64,000 bases of DNA, taken from NCBI GenBank assembly GCA_965116875.1, contig OZ220733.1, forward strand, positions 1-64,000, in the 5' to 3' direction. This DNA comes from Candidatus Latescibacterota bacterium (GTDB lineage: Bacteria; Latescibacterota; UBA2968; GCA-2709665). Below are positions 8,991 through 17,640 of this stretch, in pieces. The stretch's first letter is position 1; every line of letters starts with the position of its first letter. A program made the position numbers and the translations under genes. The notes below the pieces were generated by a model. The model was not told the DNA's origin and ran no database searches. It worked only from the letters and a program-made list of their open reading frames with translations.

Positions 8991-10283
8991 TTACCCGCCG
9001 TTTCCATCTTCTTGCAGGTCCCGCCCCAGCCTATTTCTCCATACCTGTCTGACGGCAGCAAGTCCGGCGGTACTATTGTCGCCGTAGGTCAGGCCGTCAA
9101 GGAAATCTTCCACTTCCCAGGCCTTTCCTTCGATCAGGTTGGCTGCACCGGCCCTGCTGCGGGTCCTGACGTCTTCACGCTGAGCCATGAAGTCGTGGAA
9201 CCGATGGATCAGCTGATCGACGAGAACCATCTTTGCCCGGTACCCACATGCGTGAGGAAATGAACTCAAGAACTCCTCATAGTACGGTTCCATCCCGCCC
9301 GCAGTGAGCCGCCTGCCTTTGTAGAACTCCCTGATCGCGAACCCTGTGCTGACCCAACCGCAATCACACGCAATTGGCCGTTCGGACAGCAGACTGGCCT
9401 CGACGACCCTTGGGCATAGCGGGCACTTGACCTGACCGTGATATGTTCGCGTCACTACCATGATGCTCTCGATACGAGCAAGCAGATGACAACCCACCTC
9501 ATCGAGCAGGTCTTCATCATAGATGCCCTTCGCATCAAGGTAGTACAGCCTTGCAATTACCTTCTGCGGGACCCGAGGCGTCGGCATGGGAGCAGGAGGG
9601 CCAACTGCCTTTACCGCATCGGCCCGCCTCCTGATCATGTCTTTCTGTTCCCGTCTGATCTGTCTTGCCTTTTCCTTCTCTTTCTTCCTTACGGTCTCCC
9701 GCTGACTCAGCCCCTCCCTGTAGTGGGCTCTCATACGGACCAGTTCGGGAGTGGACTGCTCCCCGTACTCCAGCGTCTCCAAGAACTGCTCTATATCCTT
9801 TTCTTTGCCCTCCAGCAGGCTGGTGGCGAAGACTTCCCCCGTAAAATCACCTTTGCTCTGGAACTGGTGCAGAAGGGTGTCGATCTGAATCAGGCGCTCG
9901 CGAGAAGTTCCACAGTGAGCGAAATGGCCAATGAAATGCTCTACGGCAGGACGTAGATTTCCGAGCCGCAGATTCTGCCCCTTCAGGCTTTGTCGATAGG
10001 CCCCCCATGTGCCAGCCCAGGAACAACCGGAGCAAACCAGCTGTTCGTCTCCCCTGGAGTCGTGATCAATGATGCAACCACACTGGGGACATTCAGCCCT
10101 GCCTCGAACCGCCGCGTCAGCGGCCAGTAAGCTCTCGCACCTCGCCAGCAGACGAGTCCCGATCGCGTTGACCGCCGCATCCTCTACTCGCCCACTTGCG
10201 TCCTGCTCGTATAGTTCGCGAATGTCCGCCTGCCGAAGCCTCGGGGTCCATTCCGGTTCTGCCAGATCTGGATACAGACTCAA
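8991..10283 (-). CDS. Hypothetical protein made of two tandem Zn-ribbon-containing domains
   Basis: Internal duplication (LYEQDASG/LYYLDAKG, LLARCES/LLARIES, CPQC..CSGC/CPLC..CDC, FLETLEYG/FLDGLTYG); TTG start 7 nt after AGGAG. Confidence 0.7.
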   Translation of the reverse strand: MSLYPDLAEPEWTPRLRQADIRELYEQDASGRVEDAAVNAIGTRLLARCESLLAADAAVRGRAECPQCGCIIDHDSRGDEQLVCSGCSWAGTWGAYRQSLKGQNLRLGNLRPAVEHFIGHFAHCGTSRERLIQIDTLLHQFQSKGDFTGEVFATSLLEGKEKDIEQFLETLEYGEQSTPELVRMRAHYREGLSQRETVRKKEKEKARQIRREQKDMIRRRADAVKAVGPPAPMPTPRVPQKVIARLYYLDAKGIYDEDLLDEVGCHLLARIESIMVVTRTYHGQVKCPLCPRVVEASLLSERPIACDCGWVSTGFAIREFYKGRRLTAGGMEPYYEEFLSSFPHACGYRAKMVLVDQLIHRFHDFMAQREDVRTRSRAGAANLIEGKAWEVEDFLDGLTYGDNSTAGLAAVRQVWRNRLGRDLQEDGNGG

Positions 10284-10440
10284 GGATTTACTCCTGCTTG
10301 AGCTATTCGAAATGGCGGGTAACGTTCTTGCCGGTTTGCGAACCCGGAGCTTGTAAGGGGTTGCCGAAGGCCAAGTCGCCAGAGGCGGCGCAGCGCGAAC
10401 CGTGTTGTTATGTGCTGCAGGCTGGCGCGGCGATGTGGGG

Positions 10441-10632
10441 TTATGAAGCTTCGTGCTCTTCACGAACGGCCCGGCTCTCGCGTCTCCTGGTAGGGGACCA
10501 ATCTACGACCCTGTCGGCATAGGCACGCTCTCTTTCGCGGACCATGGCGCCCAGGCGTTCTACGTCGTAGTCGTGCTCGCGAGCGATGTCTTCCTTAATC
10601 TTCCACAAAGACGCGATGACTTCATCCTTCAT
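10441..10632 (-). CDS. Small protein, probable partner (antitoxin-like) of a PIN-domain toxin
   Basis: MKDEVIASLWKIKEDIAREHDYDV; AGGAGG RBS; start overlaps the stop of the upstream PIN remnant (TGATG). Confidence 0.55.
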   Translation of the reverse strand: MKDEVIASLWKIKEDIAREHDYDVERLGAMVRERERAYADRVVDWSPTRRRESRAVREEHEAS

Positions 10633-10697
10633 CACGGTAAGCCTCCTATCATTTCCTGCGGAGTGCAGATCTCCGGACACGGATGCCCATGCTCAGT
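10632..10697 (-). pseudogene. 3' remnant of a PIN-domain (VapC-like) gene
   Basis: Manual translation TEHGHPCPEICTPQEMIGGLP*, resembling the PxICTPxE C-terminus of a PIN family; upstream part replaced by repeat DNA. Confidence 0.5.
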
Positions 10698-10719
10698 CGT
10701 CTAATCGCCTTCGTTTACC

Positions 10720-10960
10720 CCAATTCAAAAAATACAGCAACCGGGCGTCGTGGTAAAACCCTCCGAAACGGGGTGTTAACGTCGTATGGAAGGACATTTT
10801 TTCAGCTGACGTCCAGCAACATGGTGTATCCTGGGTATCCGCAGTTTAATCGCCTTTATCTACGTACACATGTACGAATTAACGTTCCCGAAAAACGACG
10901 AATCCTGGTTTACAAGCACATATTCGAATTAATGTCCCCGAAGACCTACGAATCAAGGTT
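10720..10960 (-). repeat. Diverged copy of the ~330-bp repeat, with a duplicated terminus
   Basis: aaaccctccgaaacggg...taatcgcctttat...gaatcctgg followed by tttacaagcacatattcg...cccgaagacctacgaatcaagg; matches the 16514 and 19416 copies. Confidence 0.7.
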
Positions 10961-11108
10961 AATCGCATGTTCGGTTAGGATGTACTTGTACTGGACCTGG
11001 TACAGAATTCAAGGCCGTTTCTTGACGATTGACTGCCCGTCGAGCAAAAAACAGCTTTCGGGCTTGTAAATTGGCCACAAATTGACAAGACCCCGATATC
11101 TGAAGATA

Positions 11109-11492
11109 TCACTCAGAAACCGTGTTGCTGTCTTTCAATGGCTCCCCAAAAGTGATAATATTGCCATCCGGGTCCATCACTTGGAAGTCTCTCATTCCGT
11201 AGAATTGATCTGCTGGTTCCCGGTGGATTTTGACATTTCGTCGTGTAAGGAAAGCGAAATATTCGTTAACACCGCTCATTTCGACTACTGCTGCCGACAA
11301 ACCTGCACCGGTACCCATCTTCGTTCCCAAGTGGATGATATGTTCATCCATACTCAAAACGGAGTAAACGACATCATTTCTAAATATCTCCTCAAAGCCA
11401 ATACCGGTGTAATAATCAACCGCACGGTCAATATCGGAGACGATTAAGACTGGTCTTGTAGCTGTTATTTTCCAATTTTCTGGGTTCGACAT
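11109..11492 (-). CDS. VOC/glyoxalase/bleomycin-resistance family protein
   Basis: PVLIVSDIDRAVDYY...GF; YGMRDFQVMDPDGNIITFG; AGGAGG RBS. Confidence 0.85.
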   Translation of the reverse strand: MSNPENWKITATRPVLIVSDIDRAVDYYTGIGFEEIFRNDVVYSVLSMDEHIIHLGTKMGTGAGLSAAVVEMSGVNEYFAFLTRRNVKIHREPADQFYGMRDFQVMDPDGNIITFGEPLKDSNTVSE

Positions 11493-11594
11493 TTAGTCCT
11501 CCTTATGTAATGATCCTGTTAACGAATCCTGTAGAAAGGCAACGTAAAATTCACAGCCTTTGATGTATGAGGCTTAATTGGTGGGAGAGACTGC

Positions 11595-11668
11595 GGCTAA
11601 CTTAGAGTTCAGGATTAGAGGTTGCGCGAAGGGAGTATGCCCGAAACCGGGGACGTACGGGTTATGTG
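11595..11668 (-). repeat. attC-like site
   Basis: Minus strand CACATAAC...GTTAGCC, ~74 nt, ~20 nt after the frameshift-corrected APH stop. Confidence 0.55.
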
Positions 11669-11686
11669 AAGTGCGCTATTTCCCTC

Positions 11687-12482
11687 TTAGTCTACAAAGT
11701 CATGGATCCTTTGATATACGCTCAACTTGGCCGGATCCAATTCTTGTCCATACTCCCCAAAAAAAAAGTGAAACCCACCTCCCACCTAGATTTCTGCGAA
11801 TGGTATTGTACGCGGCGACAAAGTCGAGATATCGATCTCCCATACCTGCATAACCCCAATCAATGTAGCCACTCAGGTGGCCATTGAGGATTATGATGTT
11901 GGGAAGGCAATAATCCCCGTGGGTGAACACAACGTCTTCTGGCGGCAGGTCGGCTCGTATGCTAGCCAGTTCATTCCGCAGGACATTTCTGGTGCCGCCT
12001 TTGGGGATCTGACCATCCAGCACTCCAGAATCAATCAGGTCTGTCGCCCACGCAAAATAGCGTTCAAAGCGCCAATCCAATGGGCACGAATCGACTGGAA
12101 CTGCGTGAATCTCGCGAAGCCCATGAGCGAAAAGACGTATCAGACCAGGGATATCTGTCGTGGCGTCTTCGTGGACACCAGAGACGCCAGCGATCCGGGT
12201 CATCAGCAGATACTGAGTATTGTCTTCCTCGTGGAAGCAGACCATGCCAGGCACACTCAGTTTGTCGTGCAACCAAGACATAGCCGCTTTTTCGGCACGA
12301 AGATCAGATTCTTGTGGCGCAGCGAGCGCATCTCTGATTTTGAGGAACAAACCCTGCTTGCTCGGGTGAGCAAATGAAAATACATCGGCGCACGATTCAG
12401 TCCTGAGATTGTCGCCGTTTGAAACGAAACCCTTCAGATGGGCTTGGACCGGGCCTGGTAGATCTTGGACTATCAACGTCAA
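11687..12482 (-). CDS. APH(3')-like aminoglycoside phosphotransferase with a +1 frameshift near the 3' end
   Basis: LFLK, VFTHGDYCLPNII, GYIDWGYAGMGDRYLD; the family-like C-terminus FFGEYGQELDPAKLSVYQRIHDFVD* lies in another frame after the A9 run at 11759-11767. Confidence 0.8.
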
Positions 12483-12641
12483 CCTGCGTTCGAGAATTAT
12501 CTAAAATACATCTCATGTATCGTGGGAGTGCCCGACGCAACCGCCCTTCAGAAAAGTGATAAAAGCCTTTGATAATCAGTCTGATATTTCAGACGCGGTT
12601 GTGTAGATTTAAGGTGGATAGGAGTAAAGCGGGCACACGGT

Positions 12642-12720
12642 GTTGCACGCTGGCGGCGCCCCCTTCACGGCGAAACCCATGGAGGGGCAACATTATAGTG
12701 CACGCCATATACAATGCTTT
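12642..12720 (-). repeat. Partial copy of the ~120-bp pre-attC repeat
   Basis: gttgcacgctggcggcgcccccttcacggcgaa...agtgcacgccatatacaatg matches 4802-4876. Confidence 0.65.
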
Positions 12721-12958
12721 TCCGTCTCTTGGAAAACCAGCCAGTTCCGTCCCTCACGCGATTGCTGGGCGACAAGCATCCGTGCCACCAAACTCCTTGA
12801 GCACGACCCCCAGGGCGACCCACGCCCTGTCACGGATCGCCCAAATCAGGCCACCCTTGATCGGCAGAACGGAGCCACCTGGAGGTGGGTCATCGGGAAA
12901 TACAAAGAGGGACGTACATAGGTTCCCTGTCTGCTCTGTTTCCTGATCCTGTTGAAAG

Positions 12959-14269
12959 TCAGTTCACCGTCCCCAGCGTAACCACATACCTGATTTTGTC
13001 AGGGGTGTGCCTCCGCTCGATAGACGCACCGTGGTCATAGAGTACCTGGTCTATCAGGAATCCTTCATATCCAACTGTAGACCGGTCGTGTTCCTCCGGG
13101 GTACTACACGAAAACGCGCAAAACACTTCACACTTCCCCCCACGTTCGCATAACTCAACTCTGAAGGGGGTGCCGGGCGGGCGCTTTACTTGCAGCCTGT
13201 TAAACAGGCCCTGAAACGCCGCAGTGAGCTGCTTCCTATTTGCAGACACATAGCAGGATCGCTCACCATGGATCTCAGGGAATTGCGATTCATCGGCACT
13301 CCAGACCCAAGAGACGCCTAGCCTCGCTTCTCGCAGGACATCCCTAAGAAGCACTCGTTCGTAGGGGCCCACCATCCCGAAGTGCTCTTTGAGCGTCTTG
13401 TAGGCTTCCCGCTTGAAATCGTCTGGAAAATAGTGAGCGTACTTCAGACGACGGAAGATTAGATTCCCGCTGGCACCATCTGCCTCATAGAACTCTTCGG
13501 CATCAGCAAAGACATCCTGTATTTTCTGGTGATTCTCTGGCGTACGCTTCTCCAGTTCTCCTTCCACAGAAATCAGCAAACGTGGAGAGATTAGGGGGAG
13601 GAATTCGAATGCTCCACCACAGCTTGTTATACCAGCCCTAATCCTTTGATCATGGGCCATGGAGTGGAAAGTAGCACCGGCTCCCATCGAATGTCCAATT
13701 GCACCAATGCGATCCGGATCAACGAACTCGAGCGACTGAAGTAGGTCCACTTTACGGTTGGTTTCGTATGCGGACTTATAGGGGTATTGGTCTAGGAACG
13801 GCATAAGTTCAGCGTGGCACAGTCTGCATTCATCCGCTTTCCTTATGGATGGGATGTTTCTCTCGCCACAATTCAGAGCATCTGGCGCCAATACCACAAA
13901 GCCCTGCGAGACCAGTTCATACCCATATGCCTGCTCTGGTCTTTGGAACACCTTCCCGACAACGGCCTCTTTCGCCAACAAGCAGTCAACACCGCATTGA
14001 TGAGCACAAATCATCGCCGGGTATGGTGGACTATAGTCATCGCTGTTGGGAATCAGCAAATACGCTGGCACCGTTTGGCCAGCAGGCTCTGGCATGGTCT
14101 CAGGGGTCTCAACCGTGTACCGAATTTTCCATTCTTCATATAGGATATCCCCTTGCTTTGTGCATTTCTCAAGCACTTTCAAGTCAAACGGTGGCGGAGC
14201 TGGCATCGGACCTGTTTTTTTCGTGAATCTCGCCCGTAGCTCAGCACGCTGGTTTTCCAGAGACATCAT
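12959..14269 (-). CDS. Alpha/beta hydrolase (dienelactone hydrolase-like) with C-terminal extension
   Basis: VPAYLLIP, GFVVLAPD, VDPDRIGAIGHSMGA nucleophile elbow; GGAGGAG RBS. Confidence 0.8.
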   Translation of the reverse strand: MMSLENQRAELRARFTKKTGPMPAPPPFDLKVLEKCTKQGDILYEEWKIRYTVETPETMPEPAGQTVPAYLLIPNSDDYSPPYPAMICAHQCGVDCLLAKEAVVGKVFQRPEQAYGYELVSQGFVVLAPDALNCGERNIPSIRKADECRLCHAELMPFLDQYPYKSAYETNRKVDLLQSLEFVDPDRIGAIGHSMGAGATFHSMAHDQRIRAGITSCGGAFEFLPLISPRLLISVEGELEKRTPENHQKIQDVFADAEEFYEADGASGNLIFRRLKYAHYFPDDFKREAYKTLKEHFGMVGPYERVLLRDVLREARLGVSWVWSADESQFPEIHGERSCYVSANRKQLTAAFQGLFNRLQVKRPPGTPFRVELCERGGKCEVFCAFSCSTPEEHDRSTVGYEGFLIDQVLYDHGASIERRHTPDKIRYVVTLGTVN

Positions 14270-14455
14270 TTGCTCCTCCGGCGCATAATACGGTTACGGC
14301 AATTCAGACTCGTGTAATCATATGACCGGACCAAATTACGGCGTGTTTCAAGTAAAACATCCCTTCTATAATAAATAAAAAGCGCGATATGCTCAAAACG
14401 CTGGATTGGCTGCCTTTGTCCCCTTCTGCTCTTCCATCAATGCATTAACAGCCTT

Positions 14456-14545
14456 GCGCATAACGTCCCGCGTGCTGCGAACCGGCCGCAGGCAGGTTTC
14501 CTGCGGAGGCCGAATGGCCGGAGCCGGAGTCCGTCGTGTTACACG
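14456..14545 (-). repeat. attC-like site
   Basis: Minus strand CGTGTAAC...GTTATGCGC with internal inverted repeat ccgcagg/cctgcgg. Confidence 0.65.
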
Positions 14546-14657
14546 CCGGCGGCGCCCGCCTTCACGACGAAGCCTTTACCGAGGCAGGCGTAAAGTGTAC
14601 ACCATAGACAAGGGATTGCTGGTTTCGATTTGATTCTCAGGTAAACTCGCCTTCGCC
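14538..14657 (-). repeat. ~120-bp pre-attC repeat
   Basis: Aligns with 4801-4920; begins immediately after the stop codon at 14658. Confidence 0.75.
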
Positions 14658-15152
14658 TTAGAGGGGGTTCGCTTTAATGAGTTGGAACAGGTCACCTTTC
14701 CTGATGCGCTCCGATGTCAAGATTTGAATCAACTTTGCCAAAACGTCATTCCGGTCGAAGCGTTTGAATTCTGGGTAAAGGCCGATGCGCCATTGAAGAT
14801 AGCCCTTAAGCTGCGCCAGGTCTGGAAAAATCTGTCTTGCTGCAAGGAACTCTGCTTGCAAGGCACGGCGATGTGCGTAGGCATGCGAGCGTGAGGCCAG
14901 CTTGTGCCGGATTTCCACATGCTCGTGCACTGCACACAAATGAGCGTACTGCCCGTTGAACTCTATCAGGTCCGATGGGATGTAGATCGTCCCTTCCTCG
15001 TCGTAGAAGGCAAAATCGGGTGTTTCGCCTTCATAACGAAACACCGCATACGAGAGGGGAATATCAGCCACGACTGCCTGCTCGGTGCGAATGACCTTCT
15101 GCTTAATCGCGTCGAGCGTCTTCGTGGCTTCCGGATGTGGTAGTCGAAGCAT
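14658..15152 (-). CDS. Hypothetical protein with His-rich putative metal site
   Basis: HLCAVHEHVE and HAYAH motifs; ATG preceded by GAGG. Confidence 0.55.
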   Translation of the reverse strand: MLRLPHPEATKTLDAIKQKVIRTEQAVVADIPLSYAVFRYEGETPDFAFYDEEGTIYIPSDLIEFNGQYAHLCAVHEHVEIRHKLASRSHAYAHRRALQAEFLAARQIFPDLAQLKGYLQWRIGLYPEFKRFDRNDVLAKLIQILTSERIRKGDLFQLIKANPL

Positions 15153-15424
15153 TGGTTCGCCTCGTGGGTGACGTAAGTCCAACCTTTTGGTTCTTGTGCA
15201 CAATCAGCAGGGGTAGGGTGGTCGGGGATCCTCCGCCGTTTGCGAGGAACGTTCAAGCACCGCCGAACCTGCTGCTGGCGCGGCGCTTGCCCCTCGCGGT
15301 TTTGGTCAAACAAGCGCCGTGAAAGCGAAGCCTGGTGTGCCGTTGTTTGCCGCCGTTCCCAGGGACACGTCCCTCGGAATCTCGCTCCCGGCGAGACAAT
15401 ATCACGCACCCTCACACCTGGATC

Positions 15425-16408
15425 TCAATCCGCTCTAACCAGAACGCGGTTCTCAAATCCACCCATCGTGCTTCCACCAACGGTCACCCTTTCAGGTGAT
15501 CCGCTACCGTCTGGCTCGAATATGAGATCGCAGCAACTTGCTTCAATGGAGAATACGTTCTGATCCTTCGGGATGAGCCTGGACTTACGTAGCCAGAGAT
15601 TGTAGACAAAAAGGCTGCCATCCTCCAGCTTGACTTCGTGCTTCGTGGTGCCATATCTTGGCGCGCCTTCCACGGTCTCATAAGTCCCCACAAACGACCG
15701 AAGATAGCTTTCAGGCTTTGGATCATCCCCTTTGAAAGGCACCGATAGGAAGTTAAGGATTTTCCTTCGACGGTCTCTCCAATCTCCGCCCGAAGTCTCA
15801 ACGCCAATTTTCAAGCATTCAAACTCCGCGAATAGTTCATCGGTTAGGCCTCTGCAAATGCGGTAGAATGCAACAAGGCCTCCAAATCCAGTCAGATTCT
15901 CACTTCGGGCGAATGGCTTGGTTGTAATTTCGTCCACGAACCAATCCTGCCAGTCAGCGCCTCTCTTCCTACAGATTTCCCTGAGCGCGAGTTCAACATC
16001 ATCTTGATAGAGATATATAAGAATGGGTTTTAGGTGCCCGACGATAGCCTGAACCGAATGCGCGAATTCCCTAATCTCGTCCCGCTCTACATTCGCCAGC
16101 AGTAGCTCTTCAACCGTGCACTGGAAGATGCTGCTCTCAAGAATCGTGACGACGTCCGATTCTCCGGCTCGATGTGCGAAAGAACGCCACTTGGCGAGCG
16201 TCGTTTCGACGAATTCAAGTGTATCTTGGCCGTCCGCCAGTTCCGTGTAGATGGGATGGTCGCTCTCGGTTTCGTAGAACCACCTTGCCTCGAACCCATT
16301 CCGTTGAAGTTGCATGGCCAGATATTGCGCTGTTGTTGACTTACCCGATCCCGGTAAGCCATCAATAAGGATCAGTCTCGAGGAGTGGGTCAACGGAGTC
16401 TTCACCAT
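15425..16408 (-). CDS. P-loop NTPase, nucleotide-kinase-like, with beta-rich C-terminal domain
   Basis: LILIDGLPGSGKST Walker A at the N-terminus. Confidence 0.75.
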   Translation of the reverse strand: MVKTPLTHSSRLILIDGLPGSGKSTTAQYLAMQLQRNGFEARWFYETESDHPIYTELADGQDTLEFVETTLAKWRSFAHRAGESDVVTILESSIFQCTVEELLLANVERDEIREFAHSVQAIVGHLKPILIYLYQDDVELALREICRKRGADWQDWFVDEITTKPFARSENLTGFGGLVAFYRICRGLTDELFAEFECLKIGVETSGGDWRDRRRKILNFLSVPFKGDDPKPESYLRSFVGTYETVEGAPRYGTTKHEVKLEDGSLFVYNLWLRKSRLIPKDQNVFSIEASCCDLIFEPDGSGSPERVTVGGSTMGGFENRVLVRAD

Positions 16409-16513
16409 CAGGAATCGGCTCTTGGTCTCGTTCGTACTTTAAAACGTATGACGGGGATGGGGCAATGGGCCCGTAGTACCCAAACTTGCGAAGGCATGTT
16501 CGGTCGAAAGGAG

Positions 16514-16844
16514 CGGAGCGACTGGAGGGCGCTACGCTGCAAACCGTTGTTATGGATCTGTGCGTCCCCCTTTCGTGAAGCAACGAACGTGCAGAGATTG
16601 CGCGCAAGCCTTCAGATTTCCTCCCGATGTCTCGGTCTATTGAGCAATCAGCCTCAATCCGAAAAAAACAGCAACGCGGCGACGCGATAAAACCCTCCGA
16701 CCCGGGGCGTTATCGACGAATAGATGGACGTTTTTTCCGTACACGTCCAGTGACCTGGTGTATCCTAGGTATCCGCCGTCTAATCGCCTTTATTTACAAG
16801 CACATATTCGTATTATCGTCCCCGAAGACTTACGAATCAAGGTT
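16514..16844 (-). repeat. ~330-bp non-coding repeat (IS-end-like start, attC-like end)
   Basis: Close copy of 19416-19744; minus strand starts AACCTTGATTCGTAAG and ends through CCATAAC. Confidence 0.85.
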
Positions 16845-16934
16845 AGTTCCTCTGTTCCGCCGTCACTGCTGCTGAGCTCACAGCTGCAGTTTGACCAAAT
16901 GGTGCCGCGCCCCTTTTTCCGGGAACGCGGTTTC
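16845..16934 (-). repeat. Second copy of the ~90-bp leader module, with no gene downstream
   Basis: Matches 7253-7343 including the GAGGAAC RBS. Confidence 0.7.
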
Positions 16935-17057
16935 TGTCAACAATGCCCCGTTCTTGAGACCTTTCCAGCCACGAAACTCAACCGTTTCAACGTCCACCTC
17001 TCTTTGGAAGTAATGCCTAAGTCGGATCGGTATATCCTCGTCAAGAAGCACTCGCAT
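16878..17057 (-). pseudogene. Truncated DUF5615/VapC45-like PIN toxin
   Basis: MRVLLDEDIPIRLRHYF...VETVEFRGWKGLKNGALL, then reads into the repeat and stops at 59 aa; overlaps the DUF433 gene. Confidence 0.75.
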
Positions 17058-17289
17058 CCTGTATCCTCAAGTGATCCAGTCCTTCAGATGAAAGCTCGAG
17101 ATATGATTCTATCTGCCAACGCTCGACCGTGGGAAAATCCTGAAGAAACTCTTCTATGGAATGTCCCCGTTTGAGATAGTCCACCAGGCTATCAACAGGG
17201 ACCCGAGTACCGGCGAATACCAGATCTCCGCTGTGGATTTCAGGATCACGTGAGACAATCTTTTCCAATCCAATAATGTTCGCCATCAC
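17041..17289 (-). CDS. DUF433 (VapB45-like) antitoxin
   Basis: SRDPEIHSGDLVFAGTRVPV...GHSIEEFLQDFPTV. Confidence 0.85.
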   Translation of the reverse strand: MMANIIGLEKIVSRDPEIHSGDLVFAGTRVPVDSLVDYLKRGHSIEEFLQDFPTVERWQIESYLELSSEGLDHLRIQDASAS

Positions 17290-17515
17290 AAATCTCCACT
17301 TTTTGAAGGAAGTATCCTCGGTCTAAAGAAATATCGGCTAAGAAGCTTCCGCAAGCGAAAACCTTAAAAATAGGGAAACATCCCCCTGATAGGTGCGGCT
17401 CAATGCTGCCTTAATTAATCGCGCTTAACGTTCTTCGGCCTTGCGTCACGTAAGGTCTAGTCGGCAACCAACGAGGCAATACTGGTACGGGTCTCCGGAG
17501 TCTTGGCTCGCATTT

Positions 17516-17595
17516 CAGATAACGTTTTCGCCACTTGCGAACCCGCCGCAGGCGGGTTGGGCGAACGTAGTGAGCTGCACTTCTTTCGTTAACGG
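17516..17595 (-). repeat. attC-like site
   Basis: Minus strand CCGTTAAC...GTTATCTG with central hairpin aacccgcc/ggcgggtt. Confidence 0.65.
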
Positions 17596-17640
17596 GCGTG
17601 CGGCACGGGCCGGAAGCAGTTCCACGCCATCATGGATGAC

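Noticed and set aside
12720-12950. Possible gene remnant on the minus strand (…LIWAIRDRAWVALGVVLKEFGG…)
   Set aside because: Short, no start or recognisable motif; cannot be supported without a homology search.
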